A stretch of DNA of 64,000 bases. Source: a virus. The DNA is taken from IMG/VR virus record IMGVR_UViG_3300025889_000075, positions 91,132-155,131 of that record. One strand, given 5' to 3'. A model generated the notes under the pieces. That model made no database searches. It was not told the origin of the DNA and was given only the letters and a program-made list of their open reading frames with translations. The position numbers and the translations under genes were made by a program. Of this stretch, positions 20,716 to 29,372 are shown piece by piece (the stretch's first letter is position 1; each line of letters starts with the position of its first letter).

Positions 20716-21306
20716 ATGAAACCAAGTGAAAAACCCCATTACGTTAACAACGCAGAATTTTCTGCAGCAGTCGTAAAGTACGTAAGTTCTGCTAACCAAG
20801 CGAAAGAGAATAATGAACCTAAGCCAATCATTCCTGACTATGTGGCAAGATGTTTCCTTAAAATTGCTGAAGGGTTGTCACACAAAGCAAACTTTGTTCG
20901 TTATACCTATCGCGAAGAAATGGTTATGGATGCAGTAGAGAACTGCCTCAAAGCAATTGAGAATTATAATCTGGAAACTGCAACCAGGACAGGTAAACCA
21001 AATGCTTTCGCATATTTTACCCAGATTGCTTGGTATGCATTTTTACGAAGAATTCAAAAAGAAAAGAAACAGCAAGATATCAAATTAAAGTATCTCGCTG
21101 AGTCGGGTTTAGAGCTTCTTGTTTCTGAGGAGATAGATAATGATGAAGCATCAAGACAAACCCAAGCATTTGTTGATGAATTAAGACAAAGAATCGATGT
21201 TGTCAAAGAACACGATAACCAATTTACTCAATATGTCAAAGAAGAAAAAACTAGAAGAAGAACGAGACACGCGGACTCTGACTTAACCGAATTCTTGGTG
21301 AATTAA
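20716..21306 (+). CDS. g55: late sigma factor gp55
   Basis: HYVNNAEF, NAFAYFTQIAWYAFLRRIQKEK. Confidence 0.93.
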   Translation: MKPSEKPHYVNNAEFSAAVVKYVSSANQAKENNEPKPIIPDYVARCFLKIAEGLSHKANFVRYTYREEMVMDAVENCLKAIENYNLETATRTGKPNAFAYFTQIAWYAFLRRIQKEKKQQDIKLKYLAESGLELLVSEEIDNDEASRQTQAFVDELRQRIDVVKEHDNQFTQYVKEEKTRRRTRHADSDLTEFLVN

Positions 21307-21464
21307 TGAAACTCTGGACGATCTGGAAATATGCTCTTGGTGGATTCTCAGACGATAAGACCGAACCTTACGATGATTATGTTGCTTTACTTCGAACAGT
21401 AATTGTTGGAGTAAACTTCATGACTTGTTTTTTTATTATGGCAAACGTGGTGCATAACTGGTGA
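21306..21464 (+). CDS. small membrane protein (52 aa)
   Basis: MKLWTIWKYALGGFSDDKT...ANVVHNW; overlaps g55 stop and g47 start. Confidence 0.65.
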   Translation: MKLWTIWKYALGGFSDDKTEPYDDYVALLRTVIVGVNFMTCFFIMANVVHNW

Positions 21465-22516
21465 AAATAGCAATACTAAACGATACTCATTGTGGTATAC
21501 GAAACTCTTCTGAAATCTTTATGGATTATCAGGAAAAGTTTTATAGAGATGTGTTCTTTCCGTTTTTAAAAGAAAACGATATTAAGAAAATTATTCATCT
21601 GGGAGATTATTATGAAAACAGGACTTCGATCAATTTTAAAGCACTTAATCACAATCGTAGGATATTCCTTGACGTTCTTAGGGATATGCATATTCACATG
21701 GATATTATTCCTGGGAATCACGATGTCTACTACAAAAACACCAATAAACTAAATGCGTTGAAAGAACTTCTTGGTCATTATATGAACGAGGTTCGTATTA
21801 TTGAGAAACCAACCGTAGAACAATATGACAGCCTAAAGATAGCGTTAATCCCCTGGATTAATCCAGACAATGAAGAAGAAACAGTTCAGTTTATTAATAA
21901 TTGCACTGCTGATGTTGTTGGAGCACACTTAGAATTATTTGGGTTCGAAATGCAAAAAGGCGTGTCGTGTCCAGCGGGTATGGATCATTCGTTATTTTCC
22001 CGTTTCGAAGCAGTTCTCTCAGGTCATTTTCATACTAAGTCACAGAACGATAATGTTCATTATCTTGGTTCTCAGATGCAGTTCTTTTGGTCAGATTGCG
22101 ACGATAGAAAATACTTTCATGTTCTTGATACTGAAACTCGTGAACTTCAAGCAGTTGAGAACCCAATAACAATATTTGAAAAAATTTATTATGACGATAA
22201 CAAATCAGCGCTGACTAATTTATCGCACCTAGATGATAAGTTTGTTAAATTGATTGTTGTTAATAAATCAAACCCAGTAGAATTTGAGAAATTTGTTGAT
22301 AAAATAAACGCTAGAAAAATATTTGGTTTACAAATCGTTGAGAATTTTCAAGATTTTTCAGGATCAAATGTGCTCGACGATAAAATATCAGTTGAAAACA
22401 CTGAAACTTTATTATATACTTACATTGATGCAGTTGATACTGATCTTGACAAAGATAGAATTAAATCTGATGTAAGGCGTTTGATGATTGAAGCACAAAC
22501 TATGGAGATTGCGTGA
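21461..22516 (+). CDS. g47: recombination endonuclease gp47 (Mre11-like)
   Basis: DTH, GD, GNHD, GHFH metallophosphoesterase motifs. Confidence 0.93.
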   Translation: MKIAILNDTHCGIRNSSEIFMDYQEKFYRDVFFPFLKENDIKKIIHLGDYYENRTSINFKALNHNRRIFLDVLRDMHIHMDIIPGNHDVYYKNTNKLNALKELLGHYMNEVRIIEKPTVEQYDSLKIALIPWINPDNEEETVQFINNCTADVVGAHLELFGFEMQKGVSCPAGMDHSLFSRFEAVLSGHFHTKSQNDNVHYLGSQMQFFWSDCDDRKYFHVLDTETRELQAVENPITIFEKIYYDDNKSALTNLSHLDDKFVKLIVVNKSNPVEFEKFVDKINARKIFGLQIVENFQDFSGSNVLDDKISVENTETLLYTYIDAVDTDLDKDRIKSDVRRLMIEAQTMEIA

Positions 22517-24219
22517 TAGTTTTTAATAAACTACGGTTCAAAAATTTTCTTTCCTCTGGCGATAACTTTGTAGAACTAGAACTTAGCAAGTCAAACTCTA
22601 CGCTAATTGTAGGACAAAACGGCGCGGGTAAGTCGACAATGCTTGACGCGTTGTCTTTTGCTTTGTTTGGAAAAGCACATCGCAATGTTAATAAACCACA
22701 GTTAATTAATAGTATTAATAATAAAAACTGTTTGGTTGAGGTTGAGTTTACTGTATTTGGGCAACAATTTAAGATTGTTCGTGGTTTAAAACCAACGATA
22801 TTTGAGATATGGAAAAATAATGAATTAATTAATCAGGATTCTCATAATAAAGAGTATCAAAAAATACTTGAACAAAACATTCTGAAATTAAATCATAAAT
22901 CATTCCATCAAGTTGTAGTATTGGGAAGTTCATCGTTTATACCTTTTATGCAATTACCGTCTCACATTCGGAGAGAGGTAATTGAAGATATACTAGATAT
23001 TAACGTGTTCTCAAAAATGAATACTATCCTCAAAGAGCAAACAGCAAAGTTGAAGGATAATATTTTAAATAATTCGCACGACCTTGAAATCGTACAAACT
23101 AAAATAGACGCACAGAAGAAACATATCTGTGAGTTAGAAAAAATCTCTGAATCTGCGAAAAGGGAAAAAGAAACTGAACTCAAAGAGCAGCAAGCAGAGT
23201 TGGCCCGCCTTGAGAGTGAGTTCGAGGGTATACAAACAGAAATCCTAGATGAACTGAATGTTAACCTGAACAAACTTGGTAAGAAAAAAATGGAGTTCGA
23301 GAAATATCAATTTCAATTCGAACAAAAGATTAAGAAGTTTGACAAGGATATATTATTCTATGAGGAGAACGATACCTGCCCGACTTGTGACCAGGAAATT
23401 ACAGAACTTACTAAGGAAAACAAAGTTACTGAGAGCAAAGATAAAAAACAAGAGATTATTAATGCTTCAAATGATCTCACCACCCAACTCCAAACGCTAC
23501 AAGTTTCGATTGATGAAGTCCAGACCAAATATCTTGAAGAGAATAATCGAATCGATGATGCGAAAATGGTACAAGAGAAAATTAGTTGGGCAAAGAAAAG
23601 AGTTAATTCTTTACAGAGTGACGTTTCCGAACTCTCGACAGGTATGGATAGCATGTCAACCGCACGAGATACACTTGAGAGTCTCAGAAATACGAAGGAA
23701 ATACATACAACCGAAAGACTCAAACTCGCTGAAGAAAGAGAGTACAATTCAGTAATTACTACCTTACTAAAAGATACTGGAATCAAGACAAAGATTATTA
23801 AACAGTATTTACCTGTTATAAATAAACTCACAAATCAATATCTACAAATTTTAGATTTTTATGTACACTTTGATCTAGACGAATCATTCAAAGAAACTAT
23901 TCGCTCGCGACACCGCGATGCTTTTTCTTATGATTCTTTCAGCGAGGGTGAAAAACAACGTATCGATCTTGCTCTGCTTTTTACCTGGCGTCAAATCGCT
24001 AAGATGAAGAACAGCGTTGCTACTAATCTGTTAATCCTCGACGAAACGTTTGACTCATCCCTAGACGCAGACGGTGTTGAGAATCTAATGAAGATATTAG
24101 ATACATTAGATAACACAACGAATGTGTTTGTTATCTCTCACAAAGGTGAACTTCTTGACAATAAGTTCGATCGTAAGATTGAGTTTGTTAAGGCGAAGAA
24201 TTTCAGCAAGGTCGCTTGA
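22513..24219 (+). CDS. g46: recombination ATPase gp46 (Rad50-like)
   Basis: GQNGAGKS, CPTC hook, FSEGEK, LDETFD. Confidence 0.95.
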   Translation: MIVFNKLRFKNFLSSGDNFVELELSKSNSTLIVGQNGAGKSTMLDALSFALFGKAHRNVNKPQLINSINNKNCLVEVEFTVFGQQFKIVRGLKPTIFEIWKNNELINQDSHNKEYQKILEQNILKLNHKSFHQVVVLGSSSFIPFMQLPSHIRREVIEDILDINVFSKMNTILKEQTAKLKDNILNNSHDLEIVQTKIDAQKKHICELEKISESAKREKETELKEQQAELARLESEFEGIQTEILDELNVNLNKLGKKKMEFEKYQFQFEQKIKKFDKDILFYEENDTCPTCDQEITELTKENKVTESKDKKQEIINASNDLTTQLQTLQVSIDEVQTKYLEENNRIDDAKMVQEKISWAKKRVNSLQSDVSELSTGMDSMSTARDTLESLRNTKEIHTTERLKLAEEREYNSVITTLLKDTGIKTKIIKQYLPVINKLTNQYLQILDFYVHFDLDESFKETIRSRHRDAFSYDSFSEGEKQRIDLALLFTWRQIAKMKNSVATNLLILDETFDSSLDADGVENLMKILDTLDNTTNVFVISHKGELLDNKFDRKIEFVKAKNFSKVA

Positions 24220-24244
24220 TTATTCTTCTTAAATATAATATAAT
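24216..24244 (+). promoter_or_regulatory. sigma70-type promoter for g45
   Basis: TTGATT-N17-TATAAT. Confidence 0.65.
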
Positions 24245-24271
24245 GCACTGAAATAAACAAAAGGATATATT

Positions 24272-24946
24272 ATGCAACTAAGTGAAAAGACTGTAGAGAT
24301 TCTGCGCAACTTTTCTTCTATTAACCCCAACGTTGTTATTAATGAAGGCAAAGTTGTTAAGACTATCTCAGAGGCGAAAAACGTTTTGAGTACAGCGGTG
24401 CTTGATGACGAGTTTCCATCTACATTTGGAATCTATGATCTCAACGAATTCCTAAGTGTTATCTCTTTGGTTGACGACGCTCGACTAAAGTTTGAGAGCA
24501 CACATGTCTTAATTGGTGATGGTAGCGGTAGATCACGAATCAAGTATTTTTATTCTGATCTTGATATGCTGACTAAACCCTCTAAAGATATTATAATGCC
24601 AGAGGCAGAAGTGAAGTTTGAACTTGATGAAGAAGTATTACGTCGGGTTAAAAAAGCATCTTCTGTTCTCGGACATACAGAGATGTCAGTCTCTGCTTCA
24701 AATGGTGTGATTAGTTTATCGGTAATTGACAACAACGACAAGACTTCCAACGTCTTTTCAATTGACGTCAACGGTACGGTAAACAGCGAGAATTTTAACT
24801 TCGTATTTAACATTAGTAATCTTAAGATGATTGATGGTAATTATGATGTTTCAATTTCCTCTAAATTAATTTCGCACTTTGTTAACAAAGAAACCGCTAT
24901 CGAATATTGGGTAGCACTCGAAAAATCCAGTACGTACGGAGAATAA
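24272..24946 (+). CDS. g45: sliding clamp gp45
   Basis: LRNFSSIN, FGIYDLNEFL, YWVALE. Confidence 0.93.
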   Translation: MQLSEKTVEILRNFSSINPNVVINEGKVVKTISEAKNVLSTAVLDDEFPSTFGIYDLNEFLSVISLVDDARLKFESTHVLIGDGSGRSRIKYFYSDLDMLTKPSKDIIMPEAEVKFELDEEVLRRVKKASSVLGHTEMSVSASNGVISLSVIDNNDKTSNVFSIDVNGTVNSENFNFVFNISNLKMIDGNYDVSISSKLISHFVNKETAIEYWVALEKSSTYGE

Positions 24947-24948
24947 TT

Positions 24949-25176
24949 ATGTCGGACAATCAACAAATGATTGATCTCGCGAATCGAGTCACGCGCAGCA
25001 CTGTTGCTGTTATTGACACGATTGCAGCGCGAGGTGGTTTTAAAGGCGAAGAACTCGCCACGATTGGTCAATTACGTGACCAGTGTATTGCGTTAATCTC
25101 AGTAGTTGAGAACGCGCAAAATGCACCATTGAAAACGCCAGCACAGGAAGAAGCGGAAAAGAAAGAAAAGAAATAA
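24949..25176 (+). CDS. hypothetical protein
   Basis: ORF with AARGGFKGEEL; ATG at 24949. Confidence 0.6.
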   Translation: MSDNQQMIDLANRVTRSTVAVIDTIAARGGFKGEELATIGQLRDQCIALISVVENAQNAPLKTPAQEEAEKKEKK

Positions 25177-25177
25177 C

Positions 25178-25206
25178 TTGATTACTCCACCTTGAACCTT
25201 TATTAT
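25178..25206 (+). promoter_or_regulatory. sigma70-type promoter for g44
   Basis: TTGATT-N17-TATTAT. Confidence 0.5.
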
Positions 25207-25226
25207 ATTATGAAATGGAGTAAATC

Positions 25227-26165
25227 ATGTCTACTGACTTTCTTTGGGTCGAGAAATACCGACCCCGCAAAATAGAAGATACAATTCTTCCTGAATCCTT
25301 GAAGACTACATTCCGGAATATAGTCGACAAGGAAGAACTACCGAACATGCTTTTTACTGGTTCGGCGGGTCTTGGAAAAACAACTGTTGCTCGAGCAATC
25401 TGTGATGAACTTGGTTACGATTATATCGTGGTCAATGGATCAGAAGAAGGTAACATTGACACCTTGAGGGGTAAGATCAAGAGGTTCGCCTCTTCGATCT
25501 CCCTCACTGGTGACTTAAAGGTTGTTATCCTTGACGAAGCGGATTATCTTAATCCTCAATCAACTCAACCTGCTCTTCGTGCATTCATCGAAGAGTTTTC
25601 TCAGAACTGTCGATTTATTCTAACTTGTAACTTCAAGAACAGAATAATTGAACCGCTGCATTCTCGATGTGGTGTTTATGAATTCAATACTACTAAGAAA
25701 GAAATGCAGAGTCTCTGTGCTGATTTCTTTGTGCGATTGATTTACATTCTTGAGTCTGAACAAGTTGAATTTAACAAAGACCTAATCGCTCAGATGATTA
25801 TGAAACACGCTCCTGATTGGCGTCGAATCATATCCGAGTGTCAGCGCCACAGTATTGGTGGACAACTTACCACTGAGATTCTTTCTAACTCTATCGATAA
25901 GAACTTCGATACGCTATTTGAAATTCTTAAGACCAAAGAGTTTAAAAAGATGAGATCCTGGGTCGCTAATAACGTTGACCTAGATATGACTGTGGTTCTT
26001 CGTCATATATTTGACTCGATGTACGAGCGCGTAGAACCTGCTTCAATACCGCAATTGGTATTGATTATGGCAGACTATCAATATAAGAATGCGTTCGTTG
26101 CTGATCATGAACTTAACCTTGTTGCTTGTCTGACTGAGATTATGGCAAACGTGGAGGTTAAATGA
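25227..26165 (+). CDS. g44: clamp loader large subunit gp44
   Basis: LWVEKYRP, GLGKTT, LDEAD, SRC. Confidence 0.95.
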   Translation: MSTDFLWVEKYRPRKIEDTILPESLKTTFRNIVDKEELPNMLFTGSAGLGKTTVARAICDELGYDYIVVNGSEEGNIDTLRGKIKRFASSISLTGDLKVVILDEADYLNPQSTQPALRAFIEEFSQNCRFILTCNFKNRIIEPLHSRCGVYEFNTTKKEMQSLCADFFVRLIYILESEQVEFNKDLIAQMIMKHAPDWRRIISECQRHSIGGQLTTEILSNSIDKNFDTLFEILKTKEFKKMRSWVANNVDLDMTVVLRHIFDSMYERVEPASIPQLVLIMADYQYKNAFVADHELNLVACLTEIMANVEVK

Positions 26166-26896
26166 AAGTTCTATTAACAGGATCGAGTGGTTTTATCGGA
26201 CGTAATTTTTTCAAACAGTATATTGGAAAATATGATTTCCTTTGTCTTGATATGAAAGAAGACAATGATGATATACGCAAGCACACTCGGGATCCTTCGA
26301 TTGAGGCAGTTGTACATCTTGGAGCATACGCTGGTGTTAGGAGATCTCACGAGATACCTCAGCAGTTTTGGGAAATGAACGTCGACGGATCAAGGAATAT
26401 TTTTAATCAGTATAAAGATGTTCCTATAATCTATGCGTCTTCTTCGAGCATTTACGAATGGTGGTTGTCTCCTTACGCTACTACTAAAAAGGTAGTTGAA
26501 GAGATAGCACCTCCTAATTCAATTGGTCTTAGATTTCATACTGTTTATGGGGTTGATTCTCGACCTGATATGCTTTATGATAAGATGCTTAAAAGAAAGG
26601 TTGAGTATATTACCAATCATACACGCGATTGGACGCATGTTGAAGACGTTTGTGAGGCAATAGATATTTGCCTTGATAACATTCCGAAACTCAAATTTCA
26701 CCGAGCGATTGACGTTGGTAATGGAGAACCTGTTTCTGTTAAAGAAATGGCAGATAAACTTTGGCCAGGAAACAACTTACCTGTTCGAGAAGTCACTGGC
26801 GAGCGCGAGCATACATGTGCGAACTCTAAAGAACTTTTCAACTTGGGTTGGAATCCAAAGCATCATATGTTGAGGGACGATCATGAATCCGTTTGA
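26162..26896 (+). CDS. NAD-dependent epimerase/dehydratase
   Basis: TGSSGFIG, YASSSS, YATTK, RDWTHVED. Confidence 0.88.
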   Translation: MKVLLTGSSGFIGRNFFKQYIGKYDFLCLDMKEDNDDIRKHTRDPSIEAVVHLGAYAGVRRSHEIPQQFWEMNVDGSRNIFNQYKDVPIIYASSSSIYEWWLSPYATTKKVVEEIAPPNSIGLRFHTVYGVDSRPDMLYDKMLKRKVEYITNHTRDWTHVEDVCEAIDICLDNIPKLKFHRAIDVGNGEPVSVKEMADKLWPGNNLPVREVTGEREHTCANSKELFNLGWNPKHHMLRDDHESV

Positions 26897-27260
26897 GTTT
26901 GTTAATTCTATTAACTACAGCAAAAAAGATATAATGGATGATGATCTTACCGAGAAGGCATACAACTCATTTTTGATCAATCGTCAGTTATCTTACTTTC
27001 AAGACACTGTTATTGTTGCAAACGAGATGAATCGGTATCATCAGATCGATAATAAGTTGCAATATCATTTTTTACTAAATATTATTCGTAAGCGCAAAAG
27101 ATTCTCTAAATGGATTAAACCTGAGAGAGAAGATGATGTGGAAGCGATTAAAGAGTATTATGGATATAGCAACGAAAAAGCACGCCAGTCTCTTGACCTG
27201 CTTTCACCTGAACAAAAAGAAATAATTAGAAACAAGGTGCAGAAAGGTGGAAGAAGATAA
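26883..27260 (+). CDS. g62: clamp loader small subunit gp62
   Basis: INRQLS, RKRKRFSKW, YYGYSNEKA. Confidence 0.9.
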   Translation: MNPFEFVNSINYSKKDIMDDDLTEKAYNSFLINRQLSYFQDTVIVANEMNRYHQIDNKLQYHFLLNIIRKRKRFSKWIKPEREDDVEAIKEYYGYSNEKARQSLDLLSPEQKEIIRNKVQKGGRR

Positions 27261-27651
27261 AATTTGGTCACCAGCAGATATGCTTGAGGTGACGTTAAAT
27301 GAACCCGATGATTTTCTAAAGGTCCGAGAAACTTTAACTCGTATTGGCGTCGCGTCAAGAAAAGAAAACAAACTGTTTCAATCCTGTCATATTCTACATA
27401 AGCAGGGTCGTTACTTTATTGTTCACTTCAAAGAGTTGTTCCTGTTAGATGGTAAGAAATCTAACCTAGAAGAGAATGATGTTTTAAGAAGAAACACTAT
27501 AGCAACATTGCTGAGCGACTGGGGGTTGATTACTATTAATGACCGCTCTAAAGCAGCAGAGTGTGCACCTCTCAGGCAGATTAAGATTATCTCTCATAAA
27601 GAAAAACACGAGTGGGAACTTTGTCCGAAATATAATATCGGAAATAAGTAA
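27247..27651 (+). CDS. regA: translational repressor RegA
   Basis: DDFLKVRETLTRIG, SCHILHKQGRYFIVHFKELF. Confidence 0.95.
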   Translation: MEEDKIWSPADMLEVTLNEPDDFLKVRETLTRIGVASRKENKLFQSCHILHKQGRYFIVHFKELFLLDGKKSNLEENDVLRRNTIATLLSDWGLITINDRSKAAECAPLRQIKIISHKEKHEWELCPKYNIGNK

Positions 27652-27726
27652 AAAACTTGATTCTAGCAGAAAAATAAGTTATATATATTACCGTCCTCGC
27701 GGAATGGTCCGGAGGATAGACAACAA

Positions 27727-27755
27727 CCTTGCTTAAAGATAAGGAGGCAAATATG
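27727..27755 (+). promoter_or_regulatory. ROSE-like RNA thermometer hairpin occluding the hsp20 Shine-Dalgarno
   Basis: CCUU(G)CUUA pairs with UAAGGAGG with a bulged G; UUGCU motif. Confidence 0.6.
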
Positions 27756-28184
27756 GTTACTACACGTACTAAAGTGTTTTCATTTCCACATTCTCGTTTC
27801 ATTGGTTTCGACCATGTCTGGGATGAGATCGAAAGACTAACTGCTGCTGGCGCTAACGAAAAGGGATTTCCCCGTCACAATATTGTTAAGTATAGTGATA
27901 CGGAATATGCCATGGAGTTTGCACTCGGTGGTTACAGGAAGAAAGATCTAGAGATCGAAGCAAAACCTGGCGTCTTGGTGATTCGCGGTAATCCTGAAGA
28001 CGATACTCGACAGTATCTTCACAAGGGTATTACAACGAAGAAGTTCGTGGAAACTTTTAGACTTGCTGACCACGTTGTCGTTGATGGAGCTGAATTCGTC
28101 AACGGACTACTAGTCATTAAATTGAGAGTGGAACTACCCGAAGAACAGCGTCCGAGAAAGATCCAAATTCAATCTCACTCATAA
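27753..28184 (+). CDS. hsp20: small heat shock protein Hsp20 (IbpA-like)
   Basis: FP.HNI, YLHKGI, F.NGLL.I.L....PEE..P..I.I. Confidence 0.92.
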   Translation: MVTTRTKVFSFPHSRFIGFDHVWDEIERLTAAGANEKGFPRHNIVKYSDTEYAMEFALGGYRKKDLEIEAKPGVLVIRGNPEDDTRQYLHKGITTKKFVETFRLADHVVVDGAEFVNGLLVIKLRVELPEEQRPRKIQIQSHS

Positions 28185-28194
28185 GGACGTAAAA

Positions 28195-28293
28195 ATGAAA
28201 GTTTTATATAACGAGACTGCTCAAGCAGTATACACAATTGCCATCACATTATTAGTTGCCCCTGCAATGATTGCATTGGTGGTGTTATCATGA
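28195..28293 (+). CDS. 32-aa hydrophobic microprotein
   Basis: AGGA RBS; MKVLYNETAQAVYTIAITLLVAPAMIALVVLS. Confidence 0.5.
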   Translation: MKVLYNETAQAVYTIAITLLVAPAMIALVVLS

Positions 28294-28415
28294 TTATTAA
28301 AATCAGAAACTACATGTTAGCAGCAATTGTTATTGGTGGTTGTATCCTTGGGTTTGCGGGTCCAATCATGTACCCCGAACTTATGGTGAATGCTACCTAC
28401 ATGCCGATGATCTAA
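28290..28415 (+). CDS. 41-aa hydrophobic microprotein
   Basis: ATGA overlap; MIIKIRNYMLAAIVIGGCILGFAGP... Confidence 0.5.
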   Translation: MIIKIRNYMLAAIVIGGCILGFAGPIMYPELMVNATYMPMI

Positions 28416-28425
28416 GGAGAATATT

Positions 28426-28572
28426 ATGCAAATGTGTTTAGTGTTAGCGGCAGTATTCTTTATTGCATCCTCTGGTGAACGTGCTGAGTTAAAAAGAACT
28501 TGCGAAAGAGAAGTCGCAGCAAAAGTCTTTGAAACAAAGCGTGAATGTTATCAGTGGTATAAAGAAGATTAA
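28426..28572 (+). CDS. 48-aa microprotein with hydrophobic N-terminus
   Basis: AGGAG RBS; MQMCLVLAAVFFIASSG...CYQWYKED. Confidence 0.5.
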   Translation: MQMCLVLAAVFFIASSGERAELKRTCEREVAAKVFETKRECYQWYKED

Positions 28573-28580
28573 AAAAGTCC

Positions 28581-28655
28581 GTAGCGTACTTAGAGATAAA
28601 GGATTCTCGAAACGCTACTAGAGGTTTTGTGGTGTTCCTCCTCAAAAACACCACA
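28581..28655 (+). other. two-hairpin structured element, candidate small RNA
   Basis: GTAGCGT/ACGCTAC stem; TGTGGTGTT/AACACCACA stem with CCTCCT loop. Confidence 0.4.
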
Positions 28656-28673
28656 CCATTTAAGGATTATATT

Positions 28674-29348
28674 ATGCACCACGCTTTAATGATAACGGAT
28701 TTAAATAATCCGATTTCAAATGAGTATAGAAACCACGCAATCTCTTCTTTTAATTCTGTTAAAGATATTATTGATATAGAACCTTACCAATGTTACACTC
28801 CAAAAAATCCATCTAAACAAATACGATTTAATCCAAGCAAAAAAAGATCTCCGACTGAAATCGCAATTCTTGAAACATATTACTCGTTATTTAAAAAAAT
28901 TGCGAACGGTGAAAAATTTATTATTATGGAACACGATGCTTACCTTAGAGGAGATCGTGAAGAAATCTTTCGTAATCTTTTATCTGAGATAGATTCTTTT
29001 GATGTTTGGAACGTCGGTATTGCTGTTGAATGTCATACATTGAAACAAGAATATGCACAACAGTTCTGTGATAATTTAGAGGATGATTTTGGTGGATCCT
29101 TCAAAGGTCCAATGTCTTTGATGAGAAAGTTAAATAATCTACAGTCTGTAGTTTATGTTAAAGATGGACAAACAGGAGAACTTTGTAAAGCGAAAAATAC
29201 GAACGATGCTGCTAAAGGCGTTGGAGAGAGTATCCTCGCTCCTGTTACGCAGTGTTACATACCAAAACTTGGCTTGACTAACACGGGAAGATCACATAAT
29301 GAATATACTATTCAAACGCAACCACAGATGATTTTTCTTGACATCTGA
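28674..29348 (+). CDS. putative glycosyltransferase (GT25-like)
   Basis: FIIMEHDA motif; ATG at 28674 with RBS. Confidence 0.5.
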   Translation: MHHALMITDLNNPISNEYRNHAISSFNSVKDIIDIEPYQCYTPKNPSKQIRFNPSKKRSPTEIAILETYYSLFKKIANGEKFIIMEHDAYLRGDREEIFRNLLSEIDSFDVWNVGIAVECHTLKQEYAQQFCDNLEDDFGGSFKGPMSLMRKLNNLQSVVYVKDGQTGELCKAKNTNDAAKGVGESILAPVTQCYIPKLGLTNTGRSHNEYTIQTQPQMIFLDI

Positions 29349-29366
29349 TTCAAAGAAGGATAGAAT
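29338..29366 (+). promoter_or_regulatory. sigma70 promoter for g43
   Basis: TTGACA-N17-TAGAAT. Confidence 0.75.
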
Positions 29367-29372
29367 ACTTGT

